Below, piece after piece: positions 41,061 through 54,481 of a DNA stretch of 64,000 nucleotides. The notes under the pieces are model-generated. The model searched no databases and had not been told where the DNA came from. It saw only the letters and a program-made list of their open reading frames with translations. The DNA comes from Lama guanicoe (taxonomy: Eukaryota), in contig MU053881.1 in assembly GCA_013239625.1 (NCBI GenBank), positions 9,385,957-9,449,956 of the forward strand. Reading direction: 5' to 3'. A program made the position numbers and the translations under genes. How positions within the stretch are numbered: position 1 is the stretch's first letter; each line of letters starts with the position of its first letter.

Positions 41061-41360
41061 TTTTTAAACTGAAGCATAGTTAGTTTACAATGTTGCATTA
41101 ATTTCTGGTGTACAGCATAGTGATTCAGTTATACATATATATTCTTTTTCATTACTGGCTATTACAAGGTATTGAACAGAGTTCCCTGTGCTGTACAGTA
41201 GGACCCTGTTGTTTATCTATTTTATATATAGTAGTTTGTATCTGCTTAATCCCAAACTCGCAATTTATCCCTCCGCCTCCCCCTTCTCCCTTGGCAACCA
41301 TATTTGTTCCCTATGTCTGTAAGTCTGTTTCTGTTTTGGAAATAAGTTCATTTGTGCCCC
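41061..41360 (-). mobile_element. 5'-truncated L1 3' end (cetartiodactyl type)
   Basis: Reverse complement contains ATAAACAACAGGGTCCTACTGTACAGCACAGGGAACT and GCTGTACACCAGAAATTAATGCAACATTGTAAA, ending in an A tail. Perfect 13-bp TSD AATTCTATCTTTT at 41048-41060 and 41361-41373. Confidence 0.88.
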
Positions 41361-43636
41361 AATTCTATCTTTTATGATATTGCAATCAAGCCATTTGAGT
41401 TTCCTGAAAAGGGTTAATAAAAGGAACATGTAAAGGTGTTCCAAGATCCGCAGCTGAAATTACCGCATGTGTTATTGTTAATGGTTTTTGTTAGCCATCC
41501 AATAAGTAAGCAGGGCATGTGCTTAGAGGATCTAGAAAAGAAACACAATGCATGTTGGATTTTACTCAGTGTTTGGCTAAAAATACACCATGACGTGTGG
41601 TGCCCAGGCATGTCCTAGAAAGCCCTCGTGGAACCAGGGGCGGCCAAGAGGCAGCTCTGGCTTGGCTTGGCAACAAGATCATGTAATCATGCCTATGAAA
41701 GTGGGGGGTCTGGCAAAGCCAGCCCTAAATAAAAAAAAAATATGCCTTCTGATGTTCTTTCCCAGTCTACTGTGGCCAGACTAAAACCACACGGGGGAAA
41801 AGCTTGCCCTGTGGGGAGGCAGAAAGTGGAGTTGGGGGCGGGAGCAGAGCTGGGGGACCGGAAGTGATCCCTCCAGATCCCTCTGTGTGATGGGAATACC
41901 TCGTTCAACAAATATTTCTCAGATGACCCTGTGCGTGGCACTGTGGCAGATACTAAAGGGAACGGAAAAATGAATAAAGCGTTGTATTCATCCTCAAGGA
42001 ACTTATAGGGTAAGTTTACCGCTTGCTAGTCTGTATTTACTGAGATCTGATATAATGGCTTCTAAGAGGAAAAAGCAATGTCAGGTTTGCTAGGCGTGTA
42101 GTCAAAAATCTCACCTGGACTACAAACTACAACAAAGAAGAACCAACCAGAGGACTCTATATTTTTACAACTTTTATGTGAAGGTAAAACTATTCTAAAA
42201 TTAAAAGGTTATTAAATTTTTTTTTGAAAAACCAACCAACCAAATAAGCAGAAAACAATCACCTTGTTTCTTATATAAAACAAAATAAAAAACAAATCAC
42301 AAACCTCCTAAAATTTACTAAGTACCAAGTCACATCTTTAACACAAGCTTAGCATCTTTTTTTTTTTTAAATCAACCATTTCCCAACTAAGAGGCAGCTC
42401 CCTCTTCCCTACAGATAGTCCTCTTTTGGTCTATATACAGTAATTCTTCAAATAATTTAGCTGCCAAAAGCCTTAACCCACTTTGCTCCGAAAGCAGGGG
42501 TGGAGAAAAATTCTTGTGAACAAGCACATTATTTGGGAAGCAATTCAAATGAACAGGAGCCAAGGACAGGGTGAGAAACAAGACCAGAGGAAGCGCCGAT
42601 ACAGGAATGCATTACAGAGCTGGCCACTGCTGTGGGTGTTGAGTGATGATGGAGCTGGAAACTTCCAAGGCTGGGCTTCTTGGATGAAAGGGAGGGCATT
42701 TATCGTGAGCCTCCTATTCACTGGCTTCTGAACTTATCAGTCAAGTGAGCCCCACAGATGTTCACTGCGGACTTCATTACATTGCACTGTCCTCATCCTT
42801 AAGGGCGTTCAGTGCTTTATCATCAGAGAGTTCCAGGACAGGAAATGAAGCCGGCAGGTGAGCAAAGCCTACTTAAACTGCACCACAAGTGGCCATTACA
42901 GCAACGTTTAAAATTTGAGAATTTTTATAAAAATAAAATCCAGATTTCTCATTTTTTTTTTTGAAAAGTTGGAAAATTTAGCAACACTAGACCTGAATTC
43001 CCAAAGCTACCAAATCGCCAGAGCTGAGAGGCACAGCGTGGACATATATAATCCAGATCAGGACAGTGTCCACCAGGACACATGGGTAAAAACCCAGCCT
43101 GCGTCATCCCTCAATCTTACCTTCCCTGGGAGTGCTGGGGCTTTTGCCCTCACTTGAGCTATTCTCAGGCTTAATCAATATTCACATTGAAAAGCAGGTA
43201 GGAACTGACTAGTAACACTATCTTTCCTCACTGGCTTCCCCTTTCAACACACACGTAACCAGACTGCCTTTCTTCTGAGGGTAGGTTTCAACTCAACACA
43301 ACTGCTTTGACGTTGAAGATGGGGGATCTGTTGACATAATTAGTTGTGTGCGTGCTACAGTCCAAGCAAGGTGCTCAAATTACATTCTCTTAAACATTAA
43401 AAGTGAGGATTTAAGGTGAGATGCAGGAGTGTTGGAAGAATCAGTCCACTTGCTTCTTTTGACCTAGAACAAAGTGGACACTGGCACCGTAGACCTATGA
43501 TAACTAATGCAGAGCCAAATGGTCGGTCATTCCTGGTTTGGTTTGGTAACCAGTGTTGTAATACACTCCCAGCTACATGGCATTTATTAACCAAAACCCT
43601 CTAAGAATTCAGAGGCTCTAATAAAACTAGAATTAT

Positions 43637-43788
43637 ATCAGTATCTTGTAGTAGCCTATGATGAAAAAATATGAAAATGAATCTATGTATGTATATGTAT
43701 GACTGAACCATCACGCTGTACACCAGAAACTGACACAACACTGTAAACTGACTACACTTCAACTTAAAACAAAAACAAAAACAAAAAC
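43637..43788 (+). mobile_element. 5'-truncated L1 3' end (cetartiodactyl type)
   Basis: ATCAGTATCTTGTAGTAGCCTATGATGAAAAAA...GCTGTACACCAGAAACTGACACAACACTGTAAACTGACTACACTTCAA plus (AAAAAC)n tail. TSD AAACTAGAATTAT (43624-43636) vs AAACTAGAGTTAT (43789-43801). Confidence 0.88.
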
Positions 43789-46589
43789 AAACTAGAGTTA
43801 TGGGCTTCTGAGTGAAAAGGGAGACTTCAAGTCACGATGCTAAGCATAAGACCCTGTAAGCTTGAAATGTTATCAGTTACCAAAGGAATTATTATTTTCT
43901 GCAGAGCACGTCCTGTTACACTCAACCCTGTGAGATGTTTCATTTATATAAAAGTACAGTTTTAAAAATCCTCGTGCCTAGGTCTGACTCTGCACCCCTC
44001 CCCGCCACCAGAGATTCTGCTTTAATTGGCTTAGGCGCAGGGTTTGTTTCAAAACTCCCCAGAAGAGTTTAATGAGTCACCACTGGTCCAGCGATGGAAA
44101 TGGCATGAGGTGGTGGCCTCCCTTGTGGTCCTGTCACTGCTTGGCTAGGACAACTCAGCGCTTTGCTGTAGCCTCCCTGCTGTTCTGTCTCTGGGTTTGC
44201 GAAGCAGAAAGTGTTAACTGGGTCACCTCCAGGCTGGGCTTTTGCCACAAATACAAATGGGGGTCAGAGTGTGAGCATTAACTGAATTGTCACTGGGAAC
44301 TAAGGAACATTTGAACCCGAGGTAGGGACCTTTTTAAAGTTGATGGTGTCACCTGAATTTGCAGTCATTTTGAGAGGGACCTGTCTGGGCTGTGGATATT
44401 TATCTCACAGTTGACAGGATCTTTTTTTTTTTTTTTTGAGAACATTAATGTAATATTCCTCTCTTCTATCAATGTTCCAGCTGCAGCAGACAGATCCACA
44501 GAAACAAATTTAATCCACTGGAATTACTCTCGAAATAAATTCAACATTTGGTTCAAAGGACTGCAAATAAATTGAGTGCCTGAATTCCCCACGTGTAGAG
44601 CGGACCTGAACGGAACAAGGATGAACTGAGAGGCACCCGTGATACAGTCAAGGTAGCAACGGACATGGGGGAATTTAAAAGGAAGCGTTTTGAACTATTT
44701 TTAAAATAAAATGCATCCCACTGGGAAAGCAACTGCCCAGTGCCTACTATTCATAAACCAGGGTGAACAAAGACAAGCTTCACATTTTGTGGTTCTGGCC
44801 AAAGAAAAAGACCTGGAAGAGGTTGAAGAATAAGAGGTTTAGCTGAGAATACAACAGAGCCCATTTGACTTTACTCTGTGGTTTTTTTTGTTTTTTTTTA
44901 ATTCCCAAAAAAGATCTTTCTATCTTGGAGAAAATGTATTAAGCCTAATTCTCATAGTAACTTTGGTAAAAATATTCCAAATATTATAAAAGGCTGTTGG
45001 ACATGATTAAATAAGTCCATGTTGCACTTATTTTTAATATCTCTGCGCACACTCCGTGTTTGCTCAGATGGCTTCCAGCAGAGATTTATTACCGAAGTCG
45101 ATCTGACTTGAGGTTGAGTGGGAACGGAAGCCGTCGGCGTGGGAGGAATATTCAGTGACTCAGTGGTACGATGGAGTCTGGCTGCAGTGGGAAGAGAAGG
45201 CTTGTGAGATCCGCCAATTAAGGTGCTCAAGTAATGAAACTGAATTTGTGTTGGGTAGACACCAGGCCCCTCCTCTTCATATGTCCCCAAGGATGCTTCT
45301 GGAATTGTCAGGGATGAAAATTAAATGATAAACCTAAAACATGCCACTGAAAATGTAATGTTCGCCTTTGACAATACCAGCACGATGGTTCCTCAATGGG
45401 TGGGAGGGCAGCCCTGCTGGACCTGGACTGGAAGCCTTGGTGAGACAGACCTAGGCGATTCCTCCATCTCTCATAGTACTGTATTTTGAAAGCTGCCGGT
45501 CAGAACTGCATCCTGTCACCAATCACATTGTACCAAAGGCTTCCTACTCATATGATGTAGTATGTCCCTCCAGAGACAGGACTGTGGTATGGGACACCAG
45601 CCTAGAAAAGCCCAGAGTATTACGGGATCGCCAATACTCAGAAAAGGCAAATGGTAGTGAAATTCCACCTGTGCGTCCCAAGGTGTGTGCAGAAAACCCT
45701 CACAGGCTGACATCTCACCATGTGAGATTTGCTACTGACATGCTGGACAGACAGATCCACGGCCCACATTTCTAAGTGGAGTCCTTTTCTGAAGTCGTGC
45801 TTTCGATCCTTCTCATGAGAACAGGAAACGAGCCACTAGAAATAAACAAATTCTCTGGTCGTTGCATCTATGAATCAGAGCAGAAGACTGCAAAGCACTT
45901 CATTTCCCTCCCTATTCACAGGAGTCATGCAGTCCACAGGCTGGGGATACGGAGTCACTCATCACGAGGAACCACACTACCCAGACCCACGGAGGGCCAC
46001 CGGAATTCAGAGGGCAGCCTTCTCCCCGGAGGCGGTCCGGAGGTTAGCTGAGCCTCAGGGGCTGAGAGGTTCTACAAGGAAGGAAGGGGCAGCGGAAGGT
46101 TCCTGCTGTTTCTGCAGTGGCAACAGGGCCCTGGCATGTAAAATAATCCACTGAAGAGGAGGACTGGTGCTAAGACAAAAGGCAGTGACGGGGCTGGTGG
46201 CAAACATGAATGTGAGTCGACTGGCTGCAGGCACGCTATTCAAATGTCTAACACAATCTGCAGACCGAACAGAATGTGTCTGGGCACCGAGCATGGCCCG
46301 TGTGCACGGACTTCGTGACCTCAGATATTCAGGGGACAAAAAAGAAGCCACCTCTCTGAGTGGTGGACTGGGAAATAAAACTAGTGTGGTTTCACTTCTT
46401 TACACCTGGAATGGAGGCTCAGTTCAGAAGGACTGGGCAGAGCATCTAAAGGAAAGTCCGTTTTTTTCCTTCGCAGGAGCTTCTTCCCTGTCCTGTCCGT
46501 GGAGTACCTGTGTTCCCGTGTGAGCCCCTTATTTCGGCTGCTTGTACATTTTTCCTGGCTGATCACACCAAGTCCCACGAAATTATTAG

Positions 46590-46824
46590 CTGTCATCTCC
46601 TAAGTCTCTATCCGGCCCAAGCGTCTCCGCAGAGCTTCAGAGCTGCACACTCAGCTGCCTGCTAGACGTCCTACACGTGCATGGCCTCAGGGCTCCTCAG
46701 ACTCAAACAGTCTGCAGTTGCACACACTTGCTCAACCCAGCAACCAGCCTGTCCTCTGCTTCAAGCCCTGGTGATGAGCACTAACATTTAGTCAGTTGTC
46801 ATCAGCAGAAACTCCAGCAGTGTC
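46590..46824 (+). mobile_element. L2 fragment interrupted by the ERV1 solo LTR
   Basis: CTCAGCTGCCTGCTAGACGTC...CCTCAGACTCAAACAGTC...CAGAAACTCCAGCAGTGTCCTTG. L2-like sequence appears to resume after 47462. Confidence 0.55.
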
Positions 46825-46828
46825 CTTG

Positions 46829-47458
46829 TGAGACAGGAAGCGGGCAGGGCACAGCCATTCAAGGAATGCTACAGCAATTAACATTAAAATGGTGAAAGAT
46901 TCAACCCCCAATAGCCTTGAGGCTCAAGATGATGGGAGATTTAGCTTCTAGTAGACCTAGAGCTTCATTATACGCTCATTGTAATATGTTAGCATGGTAA
47001 ACAACATGCCCACAGGCACCATGGCAGTCCCAGGGCTAGGCACAAAAGGTCAAAGAGTGGGAAATGGTCAACTTCCTGGGAATCCCAGCCCCTGCCCCAG
47101 GCTTCTTAGACTGGTCCTTCCACTTATTAGCATTTGAAGCCACTGAGCCCATAAAAACTGGCAACACAGTGCCTCACGGCCACCGCCCTGTCTCTCCCTC
47201 TTCAGAGACGGCCCTCACTCTGTTTATGGAGTGTGTACCTACTTTTAATCTGAGTACCCAAACGCCATACCTCATGGCCTTTCTCTTGCCTTTCAATGTG
47301 CCTCTCTGAATAAATCTACATTTACTCAACTGTGGCTCACTTTTGAATTCTTTCCCACGCAAAGCCAAGGACTCACACTTGGTGGGGCACATCCCAGGGG
47401 CTCAACCGAAGCCTGGGACGTGGCCCTCCTCACGCCCCACATTTGTTTTCCTGCATCA
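46829..47458 (+). mobile_element. ERV1-class solo LTR, MER41-like, 630 bp
   Basis: TG...CA termini (TGAGACAGGAAG ... TTCCTGCATCA) and 4-bp TSD CTTG at 46825-46828 and 47459-47462. TATA-like ATAAAAA at 47151 and AATAAA at 47309-47314. Internal motifs (CTCATTGTAATAT, CCCACAGGCACCATGGCAGT, TTGAATTCTTTCCCACGCAAAGCCAAGGAC) resemble MER41-family LTRs. Confidence 0.85.
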
Positions 47459-47596
47459 CTTGCTGCTTCTTTTCTCCCTGCCCTTGCTTGTCGGTTGCCA
47501 GAAAGGACTGATACCATACTCTAAACGTCCTCTGCTTTGCTGGTCAAATTACCAACCACAGGAATAAGATACACACTCATGCATGTGTGCTCACGG

Positions 47597-47598
<2 letters not shown>

Positions 47599-47627
<29 letters not shown>
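47599..47627 (+). repeat. (AC)14 microsatellite
   Basis: Read directly. Confidence 0.95.
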
Positions 47628-48149
47628 GCTCTCACATCTGTTATGAGTCCTGATTTATTTAGCCAACAATAGAAGATGAACAATGTACTGCGGTCACACA
47701 GAGGAGCAACAGATGAAATGTAACCCTTCTCCTATATTTTCTTTGCCCCGGATCCTGTAAGATGCTCTGTTGCTGGCGCTACTCTTTGCACAGGCTGGCA
47801 TAACAACGGTGAGAAAAACACCCAAATATACATTACACGGCAGTTTGATATTCGGACTCGTGTGGCCATTCCAGGGGGACTTGAACTAACAATCTATGCA
47901 CTTCCGTTTAAGGGCTTATTTACACGCATTGACTTTCCCTGGCTCTTTAAGTAATCTGGGCATTGGAAAAGCAGTATTCTCTTCGCAGGGGAAGAAAGGA
48001 GGCAACGTCAGAGAGACGGAGAACCATGCCTGCTTTGTTTATAGGGTCCTAAAAAGTCAACAGTCTTTGTTTCTCAACAGCATTTCTTCAATCATCTCCA
48101 CTGTCCCACTTCAGGCTACAAGGCTCCCCTGCCTAAGTGAAATCCAGCC

Positions 48150-48670
48150 TCCTACCCCGCCGCGCTGACCATCTTGTCTCCCCATAACATACTTCACACA
48201 CTGAAGCAATCCATCGTTTCTCTGGAAGGCCTTCAGGAGCCAGTTTTTCCCTCCCGCTCCAGCTCATCTGTGCCCACTCCACATCCAGCTAACCTGAGCT
48301 TGTTTTAGATCTGTGGAACAACCCAATGTTGCCACCTCTGGGCCTTTGCATATGTTCTGTCTTTGGCCTGAACACTCTTTCTTGCCTCTTTGGTCACCCG
48401 ACTCCTCTTCACCCTTCAAGAGTATGAAAGGGTGTCACAATTTCTGATATTCCTGATGCACACTTCAGGGTTGGACACCTCTCCAAAGCCATCCAAGAAT
48501 TTCCCTTTCGCAGCATTTATCAGACTAAACCTAGTTACATGTCTATTATATTTTTCCCCTTTAGGACTACCAAGTTTTGCGAGCTTAGTGACCACGTTTG
48601 CCTTAGAGTCCCATAACTTAACACAGTTGCTTCGTGGGCACTCCCAAATATTTCTGAATTGATGTGAGTA
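48150..48670 (+). mobile_element. L2 LINE 3' fragment
   Basis: CCACCTCTGGGCCTTTGCATATGTTCTGTC...GCCTGAACAC and terminal AAATATTTCTGAATTGATG. Confidence 0.55.
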
Positions 48671-51600
48671 AGAGGCAAAAATAATGCAGTGTTTTAGAAA
48701 CTCAAGACTATCCCTGATACAAAAAAAAAAAAAGAAAGAAAGAAAGAAGGAAAAAGAAAAAGAAAAGCCAGGGGAAAGACTAGGAGGAAAAGGCAATTTA
48801 AATGGCGAAGCAGTTGGACAACGTTGAAATGCTGGAAGCTTCCCATGGGACGAGAAACTTGGAAATAAAATAAATTAAGAAGGTTGATGGTCAGGATGCA
48901 AGAAAAAGAGACAGTCTTGGAAGACTCTACCTAAAGGCAAGAGTTGTGATGCAATTCCCCAGAACTGGGGAATAAAAAATGAAAACAGATTTTGAGGAAA
49001 AGACAATGAAGTCTGCTTCCTGATTATCTAAGAAACACTATGCAAGGGCAGCTGGGAAAGCAGAGATGGAACTTGGAAAGACCATATGTGTGTTAGACTC
49101 AAGCATCACTAGTATGAGGGGTATGTACTATCAGACCAATCAATACTCCTTACCTCCTCCTTAAATCAGAACGTTTATTTTCTATATGGTATTCATTCCA
49201 TCATGTTTAGGAAATACTCACCATAAGATACCTCTCCCAGGTACCAGGTTGTTTCTGTCCAAGCATGGCCAACTGCGGTCAGAGTGACAGAGGCATCAGC
49301 TCGTGTCTGAATTCCATCTGAATCTTCCTTAGGAACATAGTGCTGATAATTGCTCCCCTACCCACAAAAAAAGACTTTCCAAGGGAAGAGACTGAAAAAG
49401 TGGGATTATCAACAGACCTCTTCAAACAGATCTCTCTCTCGAGTAAAGCCAAGTAAGGAGAATGAGAAATAAGACATGATAAGTGTGAGGCCAGATGTAT
49501 TGCTTGATTCTCCAATAAGACAAAGCATCAGATTTTTGCATGAGCTAATTTCAGTTGGGATATTATCTTACTTTCACTTGTAATTCAAAGAGTCTTGAGA
49601 AAGAGAAACAGTGTGCACTGAAATTATACAAACAAGACTGTTCTCATAGAGGCGCCACAGACGGAAAACAAAGAGGGGAGGTCTCAGGTGAAGTGGAGAA
49701 TTACCACGGAAAAAGAACAGGGAAAGGAAGACAATTCAACGACAGTTAGATCCAAAGTTGAACGCAGAACTGACAACAGATAATTACTTACAGAGTAACA
49801 ATTGGGTAACATGAAGACTGCAATCCTAGAAGGGCAGTGAATACCAACAGTGAAAATCTCGGTAAGCCTCGCTCTCTAAGTGATAATGACTCTAAATTAT
49901 TACATGGAGAGCGATACGATGGATTCATTTTCACCCAGAGTGTATATGCATAAAGTCTCCTCCTAATTAAACCCACTCCTAAGATTTACAGGTCACTTAT
50001 ATGCCACAAAATGCACAACTTTTAAAAACTTGTATCCAGTGGCACTACCTTAGAGCATTTTTCCAATCTTTTTTTTTTTCTAACTTGCAGAGTCGTCTGC
50101 CTGGCAACTCTCTTACAGTGTGTTGGCATCAGCTGACAGTTGTTAGATGGTATCTTTCATTTCTTTCTAAAAATACGGAAGTAACGTGTGAGTTATATTC
50201 ATCTCTGGAAACAAAAGGTATGGTACGTAGGGAGTCGAACACACGCTATCAACAACTGGAAGAGACATTCTGGGCATGAAGATGTCAGAACTTTTGCAAG
50301 TCACGGGAAACGAGTCCAAGCGCGGTGGGCAGATTTCTGTGGCACACGATACGATGCGGACTGCAGAGCTGCTGGTCTCCACTTTTGCTGGCAACAGGAT
50401 TAAAATGACGATAATTATGACTGCCAGCATTTATTCAGCACTTATTAAAACAAAGACAACACCCACAGCATGACATATGCATAGTCGTAAGAAAGGATCC
50501 CAGTAAGTATACTGGCGGGAATATTTACAGGAGGAAAAAGTAAGACAGAGTCTACGTTCTAGATTCTGATCGCGGTCACGCTGACCAAACCCATCAATAC
50601 TACAGTACAGCTGCAGTTGAACTGTGGGTCTGCATTATTAACTGCTCCCCCATATGCCTTTCGGAAGAAGCAACAAGGATTCCAGTTAGCCAGCAACAAG
50701 ATAACGGATCATCTTATATTAAAGGCTGTAGGTTTATTTTCCAATTTTTTTTTAAAGCAACAGCACAAAGACTAAGAAGCAAAACATTACTCTCAGCTGA
50801 GGAAGGAAAAGGAGTCCTGCCAAGAGGCAGAAGAATAAAATTGAAAGCAATCTTCTCAAGGTGTTTTTCAGCCTCCCAAATACTGACGAACCAAACTCTT
50901 GAACTTTCCCCGTACAAGCTTTTCTTTGCAGGTTAAATTAGAAGGCTGGGGCTTTCAAAATAGAACTAACTCTTGCTTTGGGTACGGTGGGAAAATAAGT
51001 ATTTTAAGACAATAGTTTAAAAAAAAAAGAGAGAGAGAGAGAGATGCTCATAGGTTTCCAAAGTCCTTTCACAATTATTATATACATTAACTGAATCAAT
51101 ACAGGGAATAGTTCAGTTTACTGGAAGTCCGTGAGTTTTCAGCTCATTAGCACAGGTTACGTTTATGCTAGGCTGAATTACACAGAGCCAACAAAGTATC
51201 GTCCAAAATATCTTAAAGATCACAGAAGTGAAAATTAGTCTATGAAACACCAAAATCAAACCTAGCCCCAAATGCATACATGTGCGTGTTTAGGTATTTT
51301 TAAGTGCATCGGCGGGTTAGTGTGAGTTATTCCTGTGCTAGGTCTGATGGGGTGAAGTGATACGAGCATGCTTTCAAAAATCCAAACCTCCCCCAATTCT
51401 TTCCTCAACCTTGACCCAAACAGACAGCCTGAGGGACAGAGAAAGGATGCAATCTTGGCCCCTTCTCAAGAGACTTGTACCAATAACTGGAAAGAAGGCT
51501 TTTTGAGGTGTGAGCAGCCTGGCTGAACTGTCTGACCCACTGGGCCTTGGCTGACCAGAAACCAGTCCATTCTGCTTAGCTGAGCAACATCATTTAGAGA

Positions 51601-51984
51601 GTCACCCCATTCTTGGTCAGGGTTCCAGGTTGAGAGATTGCATAAAAAGGTCATGATTATAGGGGAGGACAGAGAATCAGTGCAGACAGCCTGGCACACA
51701 CGCTGACCCTAGGAGCTTCTTCCTGCAGTGCTGGGTGGTGGAGAAGCATTGGAGGAAGGAAGGCTTCTGGGAGTTTGGGACAGTTGTGGACTCGAAGGGG
51801 AACAGGTGAGGACAGGAGTATAGACCAGCGGCGCTGGTGGAAGTGGTCATGGTACATTCAATCAGTCCTATGCCAAGAAGGGTTTCAAGGTGTTCATACT
51901 TAAAAGGTTTATCTATTGAACTTCACAGCCGCTGACGCTTAATGTCTGGTTCTTGTTGGTTTCCTTATTTATTTGAGAAGTGAG

Positions 51985-52245
51985 CAAGCATAGTGATTTA
52001 AAACAGAGCTCTTGAATCCATCTCCCTGGCCTTGAAACCTGTCTCCACTTCTTCCTTACACCTGTGACCCTGGATGATTTATGTAATCTCCTCAGGCCTC
52101 AGTTTCCAAATCCATAAAAAAGAGACTAATATTAGTACCCACTTTACAATGTTGCTGTGAATGTTAACTGAGTTACTACAAGTAAAATGCTTAGAGTGGC
52201 ACCTGATGGGTAGGGAGTCTCAATAAATGTTAGGCATGATTCTTT
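51985..52245 (+). mobile_element. MIR SINE
   Basis: CTGTGACCCTGG...GCCTCAGTTTCC...ATAAAA...AAAATGCTTAGAGTGGCACCTG...CTCAATAAATGTTAG. Confidence 0.78.
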
Positions 52246-54481
52246 TATTACTATCTTTGCTGTTTCTAATACACCTGAAGACTATGTAACACTTCTGGCA
52301 AAACACAGAATGAGACCAGAGTCACAGGCACATCCATATGCAAAAGCAGAGTTCAAATCTATCTTTCAGCTCCGAAGCCACGGGGGAATGCCTTGTATAT
52401 CACAATGCGCTACACCCCAACTTCCGGGTCCGAGAGAACAAGCTGATACAACCTGCCTGGGAACTCGGCTGACCTGCATTATTCAAAGGAGCATCGACTG
52501 CACAGATGAGACTGGGACTGGGTCTGGCCAGGGATCAGACCACTGGTCACTTCTGTCAGGTGCATTAGCTCTCAGGCCACCAGGATGCTATTCAGTGCAG
52601 GATTAGTCATTTACTAATTACTAATTACTCCTATGGCCACAGACCTAGGGTCAGCAATTTTCTCCCTTCACACCAGGAGGATTTAGCATGGTAAGAGGCC
52701 AGACAGGTAATTTGCATGGTCTCTTCTTGGGAGAAGAGACTCACAGTAGAAGGAGACAGAGGAGGACTGTGTGTTGAAAGCAAGCAAAAAAGTTTTAATT
52801 TGACAGGAGCTCCCATAGGCCTCTCAGGGGAACACCTGCCGGCACCTGCCGGCCCTCGCATTTGCTGCTTGCTGCCGGCCAGCTGGGGAAACGGACAAGG
52901 TCTGACCCTGGCCCCAGATCACTTTCACTGCCTGGCAATTCTTTTCCCCTCTGATCATCTGGAGAGCCATCCAACTGTGTTTGCCAAACTGGCTTGTGCG
53001 TGAGAAGCCTGTTTGTTTTATGATCGGTGTCTTGGGTTTTTAAGTAAGAATACCGCGGGAGATGATCCTGCTATGATCCTTGCTCGTGTACCTCTAGGCT
53101 AATAAGTACTGAGATGATCCTGCTCTTTGATTTCATGACTCAGAACATAAAATGGGAAATGCATGACATTTTTTAAAAAAATTATTGTTATTACTGAGTG
53201 TAAAATTTGTTTTTAACCCTCTCGGCAGTGGCTGAGTTTCACGTTAAAAGGGCGGCTTGCCAGAGAGTATCTCCTGTTCCTCCTTCTCCTTAAATATGAG
53301 CTTATTTACTTCCTGCAGAGTTCAATTTTAGAACCCATCAAAGTAGATCCACTCAGACTGACTACATTTTCATGCATAAATTCATAGCTGTCTTCAGAAG
53401 GAATTGCACTTGCATATGCAAATACTTCCAGTGCCTTTTCATTTCTACTTTTGGCCTGCACAGTTTTTAATTCATGCAAACACATTACACAAACAAATAT
53501 GAGTTCAATAACAACACACGGCATGTGTGAATTGTTAATTGCACAGCTACACGTTCGATGTGGCCAAGCGACTTCCATTAGCATCAATGGGGAGGGACAA
53601 GATTACACAGGAAGAAGAAAGGTATATTTGAAAATGAAATCCCAAGCACTTGGTTTCGTTTTATGTAAATATTAATAAGGGGAAAGGAGACAGACAAATC
53701 CACAATTCAACAGTAATCTGGGATCTACAGCTCAGTGCACAACGGTCCAGAAGCCAGGAATCACCTTTAATGAGACTTAGGAAGTAGGGTTCTACATCTC
53801 AGCACAGACTCACGAGAAACAAAAATGTATGCAGTAATACCGTAAATGAAATCAAAAACACAGCAGAAAATGAAAGGCTTTCAACCACACATTGACTGTG
53901 CATCACTTTTCAGACTATTTGAGTCTTGTATTAGTGATGCTCTTGGAAATAAAAGATAGGTGTCTTCATTTTTCATACTGGAAATTTAAACACTCCTTTA
54001 TAATTAATTAAGCTGTGATTCCTCACAGTATTTTTTTTTCCAGTTCCCACTACATGCTCTTTTGGGGTCGGGTGAGAACTTAAAGTAAAACACTTGTTGA
54101 AGTTACTCACAGATCAAAGACTTTTGATATAGAAGCAGTTTTCAAGCAACCCTCCCCCTATTTGTAATGTGTTTCATTTACATGAAGATAACTCCAAAAA
54201 TCAGAGTGCAGACTAAGTAAAAATTGTATTCTGCAAGAGTCTACAGTGGCGACAGAAACACGGTTTTAACTGGCTCTCTGCTGACTCTGTGGAATATTCT
54301 ATTAAATATAAAAGCTGGAGCTAGGTGAAGCTAGGAACAATTGAGAACATGTTTTTTAGAACCACCACGGGATGATAGGATATTTATGTACATATATATG
54401 TGGTGTTTTCTGAGAAATAAGGGGGAGAAAAAAAAATCAAAGTAACTTAGGGAAGCAAAGAAACCAGGAATGGAATTCCAA

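Noticed and set aside
42109..42145. CAG|GTGAGA recursive-like motif
   Set aside because: The pyrimidine tract is interrupted by two competing AGs just upstream.
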